Assembly: GCF_000400465.1 (NCBI RefSeq)
Contig: NW_008806286.1
Coordinates: 293,865 to 325,864 of the forward strand
Source of the DNA: Wallemia ichthyophaga EXF-994
Lineage: Eukaryota; Fungi; Basidiomycota
DNA length: 32,000 nt
Reading direction: 5' to 3'
In this document: piece after piece, positions 1 through 9,752 of the stretch
Numbering within the stretch: position 1 is the stretch's first letter
Layout of the letters: each line of letters starts with the position of its first letter
Notes under the pieces: model-generated
Databases searched by the model: none
Told to the model about the DNA's origin: nothing
The model's input: the letters and a program-made list of their open reading frames with translations, nothing else
Translations under genes and position numbers: made by a program

Positions 1-342
1 CCTCCGCTTGGTGTTTTGCCAAGAATAAAGTTGGTTGATCCTTCAATTCGTAATGAGGATCAATTAGGTTTAAATAATATCCCGAGGTTGCCGCGTGGGT
101 GCTATCGAAGGAAGCCTTAACGCGTGGCGTTTCAGTTGAAAAGCTTGGCACTGAGTTGTGCCAGAATTGGGAGAAAACATACCCCGTTCGTAAAGCATCC
201 CCCCTTTAGCACTATCTAACGATACCAGCGGCTCAAAGAAGACGAGTTATGCGCACTCACCAGCAACAACACACAAGCAGAAGATTAGTAAGAAGCCCAA
301 GAAGAGCAGCACCGGTACTCCTTCCCCACTTTTAAAAAACAT
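1..342 (-). CDS. 5' part of a spliced gene running off the window; N-terminal hydrophobic signal/anchor; product unknown
   Basis: ATG at 342 reads MFFKSGEGVPVLLFLGFLLIFCLCVVA, then a GTGAGT donor at 260. An open frame continues to position 1 (ASFDSTHAATSGYYLNLIDPHYELKDQPTLFLAKHQAE). Internal exon boundaries are ambiguous. Confidence 0.55.
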
Positions 343-446
343 TTCTCCTCAAAACAAGACAAGTCCATTTTTTATTCTTTTATTTCCAACGCGTCTATCG
401 CGTGTTCATAGAGCACCGCCATCCACACCACCGAACACCCGATGAA

Positions 447-3400
447 ATGATAAAATTCAGTTTAATTGAAAGCCTAAACGAGTACAAAGATGATGTGTTC
501 ATCGACGACGACGACAATCTCAGCGAGGATCTCCTCCTCGAGCAGATTCTCAACTGTGCCATCTCCCAGGATGACCATTTGTGGTACAATACGCTGGGTT
601 TTATACAGCGAATATCCCCTGCCACCGCCAGATCTTCGTTGAAGCTCCTCGATGGCCTAGTCCACTCTCTCCACCAATCCACAGACGACAAACTCAGCTT
701 GGAGGTCCTCGCGTATCTAATTTCCGCCTTTTTAATCAAATTCAGTAAAATCTCATCTCTAAATAAGCAGGATTTGGCCGCGTGGCAGAGTGTCCTCACT
801 TCGTCATACGCCTCCATATACAGCCTCCTCAACAACTCAAACGCCCTCAAGTTATGGGGCAACTCCGTTGAGAAGGATACCTTTGTTAGGTGAGTGTGCT
901 TTTACGCGCTTTTCCCTCTTTTTACGCGTGTTTGACGCGTCTTCTAGCTGCTTCACTAAACCTATTTGGATCCTAATGGAAAACGAGCTATACATCAAGA
1001 ACGCCGACACAAAGGCAGTTTTCTTCAACATTCTCTCCATATCCATCATCTCACACGGTCAATCCTTCTCAGCGCAGACGTCCATAATCCAGAATCTCGA
1101 GTATTTCGACCACCTAGGCGAGCCCATGGCTGAGCTACTTAGCCACCTCTACCACAACTACGACGATGCTACACTCACCCACAACTGCCTGGTAGATGTC
1201 TCCAACCGCTCATTCTCAGGTGCCGATCTCAAAGCACCGCGAGCGTTTTCCAAATTCATTACCACGCTCACGCATCACGCACCCGCGCTCGTGCTCAAGC
1301 ATGTAGTGCTTCTACAGACGCACATGGACAGCGACGCGTACACGATGCGCAACGCCATCATAGAGGCGTTCGCCATCCTCATCGCGCACCTCTCCGCACT
1401 CGACAGTAGTGAGAGTGAGAGTGAAACAACGCAGACGCAAATCGCATCCTTCTTCACTGTCCTTATGGATCGCTTTCTCGACAACAACTCATACGTGCGG
1501 TCGAAAGTGATAGCCACATTTATCAAACTCGTTGAACTGCCGACAAAATTCCCTAAGCAGCGCATCGAGTTGCTCGAGAACACCATACGTCATCTCAGCG
1601 ATAAGAGTAGTATGGTGAGGAAGAATGCGACTGGTCTGATCACCAAGATGATTCTAACGCATCCGTACGGGATGCTTCATGGCGGGCGTCTGTGTGGGGA
1701 AGAGTGGCAGGAGCGACTGTCAGCTGTGGACGGGGAACTGCAGAGTGTTGCGCCAAAGCTGGATGGCGATCTGGAGCACGAATCTGAGCAAGAGGAAGGA
1801 GAAAGCGAGGAGAGTTCAAACAGACGCAGATCTAAAAAGTTTGCTCGTAAGTCGGTCGCCGCCGCCACAAACCTCGCACAGTATGACAGCGAGCAAATCT
1901 CTCGATTGCAACTAACACGCTCGTACTACGCCGACGCAATCCGCTTCATCGGTCTAATAGACAAGAGCATCTTAACTATAGCAACGCTTCTCTCCAGCAC
2001 CAATAAGTCAGAGGTGCTTGAAGCGATAGAGTTTTTCCGGGTAGCGCACGAGTACGGTGTGACGAGTGCGCATGTAGGTGTACGTCGCATGCTGCATCTG
2101 ATCTGGGCGAAAGACAATACGGTGATAGAGGAAGGCAAGACGGTGAAGGGGGTGCGTGCGCGGGTGATTGACACATACCGCTCTCTGTACCTCGACCCAC
2201 TCAACGACCCCGCCATGAGTGCACAGGCGCAAGTATCGCGCATTTGCAAGAATCTTATTCAACTCACCTTCAACGCCACCCTCGCGGAGCTCACCTCGCT
2301 CGAAGCTCTCGTTAGTACGGTAATGGCGAATGATGGGATACACCCAGATGTGATATCCAAATTGTGGCAGGTGTACGCTGTACAGAAGGACATACCGCGC
2401 GCGCAGCGCAGAGGTGCCGTTATTATCATCGGTATGCTCGCAGTGTCACGCGCGGATATCGTGCACGAGCGCATCGATACGCTCATTCGCATTGGGCTCG
2501 GCCAGCTAGGTAAGGCGGACCTCGCGCTTGCGCGTTACACTTGCATCGCCCTGCAGCGGATATCGGGGTCGGTGAAGAAAGTGAAGGGATCGCTACAGGA
2601 TGCTTCTATTCGCCTGCCCATGTCAGAACCTATATTTAGGAGGCTGCAGGAGGCTCTAGAACACCCCACTACGTCCCAGGCGTGGTTCGGGATGGCGGAG
2701 CAGGCTATCAATGCCATCTACGTCCTCGGCGAACAGCCTGACATACTGTGCAATGTGATGATCAAGCATATGGCCCAGCGGGCGTTTAGCGCGGAGAAGA
2801 AGGAGGGGGATGCCCAGATGGATGTGGATGGTGATGGTGATGGACAAGACAGCCAAACCAATCAAGACGCCCAAGAGAATGGGAAGCAACACGTCACCGG
2901 TAATGCGTTTCTTCTCAGCCAGCTCGTCTTCACTGTCGGACACGTCGCGATTCGCCACATAGTCTACCTCGAGCTGGTCGAGCGGGAGCTGAAGCGGCGC
3001 AAGGCAGATGCGGATGCCGAGAAGGGTGAGTAACGAAAATTGTGCAAAAGCCCCCGTTAATACTTCCCCAGACTCGAAGAAGAACAGCAAGCAGAAGCAG
3101 AGCGAGGGTATAGACGAGGTGGCAGGTAATGCAGAAGACGACATTGGCGATGGGATAGCGGCAGTGAAAGAACGCGAGCTGCTGTATGGCCCACGCAGCT
3201 TACTAGCCACTTTCGGTCCTATTCTCGCTCATATTTGCTACAATCCACGTCAATATTCTTTCCCAATGCTGCGCTCAGCCGCTACGCTATCACTGTCGAA
3301 ATTTATGTGCGTCAGTTCTAAATTCTGCGAGGAGCATTTGTTGTTGCTGTTCAAGATATTCGAGACAACAGCCGATGCTACGATCCGTTGCAATATCGTT

Positions 3401-4507
3401 ATCGCATTAGGGGACATAGCGGTATGTTTCTCTAACCTGATTGACGAGAACAGTGATAAGTTATATGCGGGGTTGAGTGATTCGGAGATAGTAGTGAAGA
3501 AGAATACGTTCATGGTGCTCACGCACTTGATTCTGAATGGGATGGTCAAAGTGAAAGGGCAGCTTGGTGAGATGGCGAAATGTCTAGACGATACAGAGCA
3601 GCGTATTTCGGATCTTGCCAAGTTGTTCTTCACAGAGCTGTCGACTAAGGACAATGCAGTGTACAATAACCTCCCAGACATCATCTCACATCTATCCGTC
3701 GGCGTGCATGCAGTCGACGAGGAGACTTTCAAGAGCACGATGAAGTTCATATTCAAATTCATCGAGAAGGAGAAACAGGCTGAGAATATCATCGATAAGC
3801 TTTGTCAGCGATTCAGGCTAGCGAGAGATGAAAAACAGTGGCGCGATGTCGCATTTTGTCTCTCGCTCTTGCCGTTCAAGAGCGAGCGGTCGATTAAGAA
3901 GCTGATGGAGGGACTGCCTTTCTACACTGACAAGCTGCACGAACCAGTCGTCTTCAAGCGGTTTGTGGAGATACTCGCCAAGGCGCGTTCGAACAAGGCG
4001 ATGAAGAACGATGCGGAGATGAAGGAGTACGAGGAGACGCTGAATAAGGCGCGCGCACAGGGCGAGGAAGAGGCGCGTTTGGCGGGTAGAGCTGCTGGCG
4101 ACAAGCGCTACGACAGACGCAAGTCGAAGAGGCTGTCAGTGCATGTTTCAAGCAACTCGCTCAAGTCAGAGGGGGAGAATGAGGGTGAGGCGGAGGAGAA
4201 GGAGGACAGTCAACCCCCACTATCGAGACAGAGCACTAAACCACTGTCGAGACAGAGCAGCAAGACGAATCAGCCGTTCGATTTTACGTCGGAAGAGGAG
4301 GTTGATGAAGCCAATGATAATGCTAAAGTGGAAGCCAATGACAATGCTAAAGTAGAAGCCAAACGCCTCGCTGAAGCTAAAGAGGTGAAAAAAGGTAACA
4401 GAAAACCAGCCAAACGAGGAAAAGCAGTTACACAACCAACACAACGCTCACAACCACCTCGGAGGACACGTCGACAGAAGCAGATAAGCTCTAGTGAAGA
4501 GGATTGA
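447..4507 (+). CDS. YCS4: Condensin complex non-SMC HEAT subunit Cnd1/Ycs4 (NCAPD2)
   Basis: Three ORFs joined in frame by introns 890-947 and 3026-3071. Cnd1-type motifs: DRFLDNNSYVRSKV, LSKFMCVSSKFCEEHL, IRCNIVIALGDIAVCF, KVKGQLGEMAKCL, ARLFFTEL-like AKLFFTELSTKDNAVYN. Basic/acidic low-complexity tail. Confidence 0.95.
4217..4263 (+). repeat. Imperfect 24-nt tandem duplication in the Cnd1 tail (PLSRQSTK/PLSRQSSK)
   Basis: ccactatcgagacagagcactaaa followed by ccactgtcgagacagagcagcaa. Confidence 0.8.
4307..4360 (+). repeat. Imperfect 24-nt tandem duplication in the Cnd1 tail (EANDNAKV x2)
   Basis: gaagccaatgataatgctaaagtg followed by gaagccaatgacaatgctaaagta. Confidence 0.85.
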
Positions 4508-4595
4508 GTTTAAGGAAAGAAATAAATGAATGTAAATTGATTATAAAGATAATTTCACATAGAAAGTGGTGGACAATGCTGGTTGCGAGAGTACT

Positions 4596-4931
4596 ATGAC
4601 GCAAGTGGTGGGTGTTTATGCGTGATTGATAGGAGTGAGACTAAAATGATCATTATAGTACACCCACACGCTTCTCCTTATAATAGCCTTAGTTTTAGGA
4701 AGTTTGGTTGTCTCAGCGATGGCACAGAGCGAGAGCAAGGAGTTAAAGACACACACAGCTAATTTTGAGAGAGTTGTAGATGGACTTATGTTTGTAGGCT
4801 TTGTCGGTGTCCCATTGGCTACGACTGTGTATCCGGTAATGTCAGTCCTAGCACCAGATGCAGCGAGGGAGTTTAAGGAGGCGGTAGAGCGTATGTTAAA
4901 GGCACCGATACGCTGGTGGAAAGGGGAATAA
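4596..4931 (+). CDS. Hypothetical 94-aa protein with signal peptide and a second hydrophobic segment
   Basis: ATG ACG CAA GTG, then a phase-0 intron 4608-4658 (GTGGGT...GACTAAA...TAG, 51 nt), then an open exon to TAA at 4931. Product: MTQVYTHTLLLIIALVLGSLVVSAMAQSESKELK...GLMFVGFVGVPLATTVYPVMSVLAP...RWWKGE. Confidence 0.6.
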
Positions 4932-5100
4932 GGTGTGTGTTTGGGTGTGTCAAAGTAAATATCAAGTTTTATCAAGTGTTTTTCAAGTGTGCAAGTGAAT
5001 CTGAAGCGTTCAAGTAACTTCAACTATTTTCCAAGTATTCATAAGCACACTGGAGCGTCTTCCAAATGAATAGAAATGCATGTAAAAATTAAAAGCCAGG

Positions 5101-5601
5101 CTACCAATATTCCTTCCTCTTCAGTCTTTGATGGCGTGAGAGATGCTTATTGAATCCCCAGGTAGACTGTTGCTGCTGCTGGTTGATGACGTGCTCGATT
5201 CTATTCTGCTTGGAAGCAGGTGCAACAACAGCAATTAAACCTTTACTACAATTGAATTTTCTAGATATGGCATTAGCACTGTGACCAGCTCTACGCATTT
5301 CCTTTATTTCTCCAATTTGATCACTTGATAGGTTGAAATTGAGTGATTTCTTACGCGAGTGTAGAGTGGGTGCGTTAAGTGTGTCTACTCTAGTTGCCAT
5401 ATTACTATCTAATAATCCACTAACCACGCTATTTCCATCTGGATACGCTTCTGCGGATGAAGGTGGGGGATTGAAGAAGAATTCTGCGCCGTCGTCTAAG
5501 TCAACTTTGGTGGCATTCGATAGACGATTAGGGCGGGTGATTGGACGAGTAACATTGTGCCTAATTGAGGTAGTAAACAGCCTTGTATTATGCTTAAACA
5601 T
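5101..5601 (-). CDS. MRPL20: Mitochondrial large-subunit ribosomal protein mL58 (MRP-L20 family)
   Basis: Presequence-like N-terminus, FFFNPPPSS motif, LSSDQIGEIKEMR...AISRKFNCS, and a C-terminal RxxRKEYW typical of the family. Confidence 0.8.
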   Translation of the reverse strand: MFKHNTRLFTTSIRHNVTRPITRPNRLSNATKVDLDDGAEFFFNPPPSSAEAYPDGNSVVSGLLDSNMATRVDTLNAPTLHSRKKSLNFNLSSDQIGEIKEMRRAGHSANAISRKFNCSKGLIAVVAPASKQNRIEHVINQQQQQSTWGFNKHLSRHQRLKRKEYW

Positions 5602-5619
5602 GGTTGAACCTAACCAAGA

Positions 5620-6383
5620 ATGTTCAAACCAGGGAATATCCGTCTAGATTCACGTAGATTGGATGAAATGCGTAAAATAACCTACTCAAAGCAATCAAAT
5701 ACACGCGTTGATGCTTCCGTTCAGTTTGGATTTGGGGAAGTACAAGTTTTAGCCTCAGTTACAGGACCTTTGGAGGTTAGCATACGTGATGAGATAGTCG
5801 ATAAGAGTACAATAGAAGTTGAATTTCGTTCTTTGAATGGCGTTGTTGGTGTACAGTATACGTCTTTGGCCAATCAAGTAGAAGAATCGCTCAAAAGCGT
5901 TATAATTGGAGAGCAACACCCACGCTCCCTGATACGCTTCGTTGTACAAACACTTTCATCACCCATGACACCCAGTTATCTAGTCAAACAAGCCATTGGT
6001 GCACCTCCATTTAGAATCCCAGTCAGTGAAAAAGCAGCGGCAATAAATGGTGCTATCATGGCTGCTTTAGAGGGCTCAATTCCAATGTCTGGAATTGTTA
6101 TAGCTGTCAGTCTGGCAGTTATAAACAATACAATCATCCTTGACCCAACTAGCTACGAAGAAGCAAATGCCACAAGCGTACACTTGATAGCTTATAAATA
6201 CAGTACAAGTACACGCGCTATCACACTGATGGACAGCGTTGGAGAATTTGGCGATGACGTCGTGAGTCAGTCGCCGCACACAACACACACAACTAACGCA
6301 CAATACAGCTCGCGACTATTATAAAGAAATCCACACACCACTCCACCCTCCTGTACGAATACATTCGATCAATCAAAGTTTGA
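5620..6383 (+). CDS. RRP46: Exosome RNase PH-like subunit Rrp46
   Basis: RLDSRR..EMR N-terminus, [37 protein letters not shown]. Intron 6262-6308 gives a final exon ending at TGA 6383. Confidence 0.88.
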
Positions 6384-6435
6384 AGATTTTATTTTGTATC
6401 AAATGTCTTCCATCCTCCTTCATAATACACACCCA

Positions 6436-6900
6436 ATGCCTAAAAACAAGGGAAAGGGCGGTAAGAACCGCAGGCGTGGAAAGAATGACAACGAGAATGA
6501 TAAGCGTGAGCTTATATTCAAGGAGGAAGGACAAGAGTATGCGCAGGTATCGCGTATGCTGGGTAATGGAAGACTAGAAGCGAGCTGCTTCGATGGGAAT
6601 AAACGTCTTGGACATATACGTGGTAAGATGAGAAAGAAGGTTTGGATTGGAAATGGGGATATCGTTCTACTCAGTTTGCGTGAATTTGAAGATGAGAAGG
6701 CGGATATAATACACAAATACTCACCAGATGAGGCAAGAGCGTTGAAGCAATACGGCGAACTGCCTAATGAAGCACGTATCAACGAGAATGAAGCATTTGG
6801 TGATGATGATTTGGAGGGTGAAATTGAATTCGGCGAGCAGCAAGACGAACAAGGGGATGAAGACAGTGAAGAGAGTGAAGTTGATATAAATGATCTGTAA
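6436..6900 (+). CDS. TIF11: Translation initiation factor eIF1A
   Basis: [17 protein letters not shown]...[15 protein letters not shown]...GKMRKKVWI, acidic tail, intronless. Confidence 0.98.
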   Translation: MPKNKGKGGKNRRRGKNDNENDKRELIFKEEGQEYAQVSRMLGNGRLEASCFDGNKRLGHIRGKMRKKVWIGNGDIVLLSLREFEDEKADIIHKYSPDEARALKQYGELPNEARINENEAFGDDDLEGEIEFGEQQDEQGDEDSEESEVDINDL

Positions 6901-6926
6901 CATGTATTCATCTGCCCCACCCCTTT

Positions 6927-7247
6927 TTATACAAATGGATTTGAAATTTGTTCATGGCCTTGTGTCGGATTAAGCACTGTTATCGAAGGTCCACGAAACA
7001 CAACCAAACCTAAGCGTCGCTTTGAATCTGGCAACACCTCCACCACATCATCCATGACAAGATTCATTAGCTGATCGTAGCCCTTGAGAATACCGGTCGC
7101 TTGTCTGCCGCCTTGGAATTGCAATGACAAGGACGTATCAACATGCTTTGACAGATCGAGGATACTCTCCTTCTTGTACTTCTTCTGGTCCTTCTACATA
7201 TCCACGTCAGATAGCCCAAACACCCGCACAAAACACACGCTAGCCAT
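6927..7247 (-). CDS. LSM7: U6 snRNA-associated Sm-like protein Lsm7
   Basis: MAS, intron 7194-7238, then KDQKKYKKESILDLSKHVD...FQGGRQATGILKGYDQLMNLVMDD...LGLVVFRG...ISNPF. Confidence 0.95.
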
Positions 7248-7279
7248 GGAAGTTTCAATCAAGGAATAAATAAAGTTGA

Positions 7280-7678
7280 TTACTGTTTGAATTGCTTATA
7301 TTGGTCACTGTACTTGTTCTGTATAACCTCGAAAAGATTCTCTAGATCCCCTAAGCCCTTATACAAGGCATCGACGCTGCTCAACCCGCTATACATCTGT
7401 ATACGCAGGTTCACCACGGGTTCTGATGGATGCGGGATTGAGTATCCACAGAATTCTACGTTTGGGCTGTGATATTTGTTAGCCATGCCTGCTATTTATG
7501 CACCAACCAACTTTTTCATTATGATATACCGCAACGAATTCCCAATAGTATGATCCTCATTGAAAAGCTTGAAAGTGGCATTACTGAGGTCATTCGAGTA
7601 ACCATCCACTAGCTCTATCTTTGTTGGAAACTCCTTCACATCCGTATCGATCCTTTCGTGGTTGATGAGCGTGGACAT
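7280..7678 (-). CDS. RPC19: RNA polymerase I/III shared subunit AC19
   Basis: EDHTIGNSLRYIIMKN, intron 7467-7511, then PNVEFCGYSIPHPSE...NLRIQ, the AC19/RPB11 signature. Confidence 0.95.
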
Positions 7679-7699
7679 GGCAGTACTATCTCTACCGTC

Positions 7700-8302
7700 A
7701 TGAAGGTATTCTCCATCAACTTGAGAAATATAAGCCGATTCTCAACTTCAACTACTAAATTTTATATTCCTCTCTGCGATTCCAAGTACTATAGCGTCCT
7801 ATTCCAAGGTTCAGACACCAGCACACCACCACACGCCTTCAACTTATCCAATACCACCCTCAAGCAAAATTACCTATCCAAGCAGAAGCAATTTCATCCT
7901 GATAAGCCAAATATCGACCACGACTACGCCTTGCAAACGTCGTCATTGATCAACAAAGCGTATGAGACACTGCTTCACCCACTCTCCCGCGCTGTCTATC
8001 TCCTCGAGCTGAACGGTATTGAGATAGCTGAATCTGACTCCATTCACGATAGCACCTTGCTCATGGATATGCTCGAACTGCGAGAACAACTCGAAGATGC
8101 ACAGTCCGAGGAGGAGGTGACGCAATTGAGACACGATAATGGTCAGTCTATTCAGCAAACCACCCATTTACTCTCACAGGCTTTTGAAAATAACGACTTG
8201 GAATCAGCGAAAAACTTGACTATCAAGCTTCGTTATTTGTGTAATCTTGACGTTGCAGCGAGGGATTGGCAACCAGGTGCTCCTGTGGTTATACAGCACT
8301 AA
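7700..8302 (+). CDS. JAC1: Mitochondrial Fe-S cluster co-chaperone Jac1/HscB
   Basis: Presequence, J-domain with HPD (QFHPDK), INKAYETLLHPLSRAVYLL, LLMDMLELRE, C-terminal LRY. Confidence 0.93.
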   Translation: MKVFSINLRNISRFSTSTTKFYIPLCDSKYYSVLFQGSDTSTPPHAFNLSNTTLKQNYLSKQKQFHPDKPNIDHDYALQTSSLINKAYETLLHPLSRAVYLLELNGIEIAESDSIHDSTLLMDMLELREQLEDAQSEEEVTQLRHDNGQSIQQTTHLLSQAFENNDLESAKNLTIKLRYLCNLDVAARDWQPGAPVVIQH

Positions 8303-8391
8303 ATGGTGTCATTTCTTGTAATTTGCTATAAGTTATCATGTATTTTTGGCAGATATAGTTTAGATACTTTGATATACACCTTGTACACCTA

Positions 8392-9671
8392 CTAAACCTT
8401 GTCAGCGGTGTTTTCGTTGTCCTTGTTTACACTTTTGTTGTCATCGTTGTTGTCTTGCTCCTTTTCTTCCTCATTTTCTTCTTCTTTTTCTTCCTCATTT
8501 TCTTCCTCCTTTTCTTCCTCCTTCATATCATCCACACACCCCATTATACTCTTATATGCTTGCTCAGCAAGCTTAGCATTGCCAAACTGCAGTGTAGTCA
8601 GTCAAACAGTCCCATCTCCTCATCAAAACACTACCCACCTTGACAGTGAAATGTTCAAGTCTGTTATCCTCACTAGGTGCGCTAAACCTGACAAACTTAT
8701 CCTGTGCGAGCTGCACGGGCATTTTAGGAAAGAGAGCAACGTTAAGAATAACCCTGAGAACACCATCTGCCCTCATAACGAGTCTAGACCTCCGATTTGA
8801 ATTTTTATTCAACTTGAATAGCCCAACTCCTCTCTCCTTCCAATTACCCTCTTTGTCATGAAGTATGTAGAGCTTAGAGCGAATCTGAAACACATTTTGC
8901 TCATCTTCTTCACCAGTTTTAGTTTCCTTAGGAGCCAGATTGAGATGGTGCTTGTGGTCCACTAAGCTTTCTCCTTGTGTAGAAGACAGCTTGTCGTCGA
9001 ATGTCGTCTTGCTGCTGTTATCCTCTGTTTTGGGTGCGCTGCTGCTCTTAGCGAATGCTGAGAAGGCTGTTGGTGGATTTTTGTCATTGTCCTTGTTATC
9101 GCCTTGTTTGGTAGTGGTATTGCTACTGCTGCTCGCAAATGGTGACGCTGTGCTTGCAAATGAAGCGAAAGTAGATTGCTTTGGTTTCTTTTCATTCTCT
9201 TGTGTATTGATGCTGTGCTGGTGTTGTTCTTGTTTTTGTTCTTGTTTCTGTTCTGTTCTTGTTTTTGTTCTTGTGTTCTTGTTGTTGTTCTTGCTCCTGC
9301 TCCTGCTCCTGCTTGCTCTCCTGCTTCTCCTCAGCGCCCACATCATTCTCCCCCTTATGCCAGTCAATATCCTCCACTTTATCACGAATTTGGTTGATAT
9401 TCTGCTCATTAAGCTCAGTTTTACCACGTTTCGCAGCGAGATCATCTCCAGACTGTGGGAGTGTAAGCGGGGATAATGAGAATAAGATTGAGGCGCACAT
9501 GATCAGCCTTGGGTTCAACGCTCGCCTCTCTATCCCTCTTCCTCGTCTGCTTATCCAGCTCATTCAACTCATTCTGATCGACTGGATTTGAGTTAAAGTT
9601 GAATCAGATAAAGCAACCGATAACACTAATGACGTACTTGGTTTATCCTCTACTCGCTCTCTATCGCTCAT
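8392..9671 (-). CDS. Ran-binding-domain protein (Yrb2/RanBP3-like); apparent frameshift in Q/E repeat
   Basis: RanBD1 motifs TGEEDE..FQIRSKLY, WKERGVG.FKLN, RLVMRADGVLRVILN. Introns 9582-9637, 9453-9498 and 8587-8638. The reading frame changes within about 9225-9280. Confidence 0.8.
8455..8525 (-). repeat. GAR/AAR-rich 12-nt imperfect repeat encoding the acidic tail (KEEE/NEEE)
   Basis: Plus strand ttttcttcctca / ttttcttcttct / tttttcttcctca repeats. Confidence 0.75.
9222..9325 (-). repeat. CAGGAG / CAAGAA(CAA) microsatellite-like coding repeat
   Basis: caggagcaggagcaggagcaagaacaacaacaagaacacaagaacaaaaacaagaacagaacagaaacaagaac on the minus strand. Confidence 0.85.
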
Positions 9672-9752
9672 TTTTATTCTCAATGATCCTCGGCGTAAGA
9701 TGGGAACCCAGAGTACCCAATCAACCATCAACACCACTGAAAATAATAAATT

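Noticed and set aside
395-862. Long antisense/shadow ORFs (e.g. 395-862, 2656-3210, 3250-3792, 16330-16806, 20697-21182, 27883-28374)
   Set aside because: They overlap well-supported genes on the other strand or frame and show no recognisable motifs.
4135-4169. Possible extra intron (GTCAGT...) in the condensin tail
   Set aside because: The frame is already open, and candidate lengths (30-35 nt) are below every other intron here.
4616-5023. 135-aa minus-strand ORF with faint ubiquitin-like (Hub1) resemblance at its end
   Set aside because: No ATG, no plausible donor at normal intron length, and the similarity covers only a few residues. The plus-strand spliced model is better.
8399-9591. 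Ser-, Leu-, Phe- or Cys-rich plus-strand ORFs resembling membrane or metallothionein-like proteins
   Set aside because: They are antisense translations of the Q/E/K repeats in the RanBD gene.
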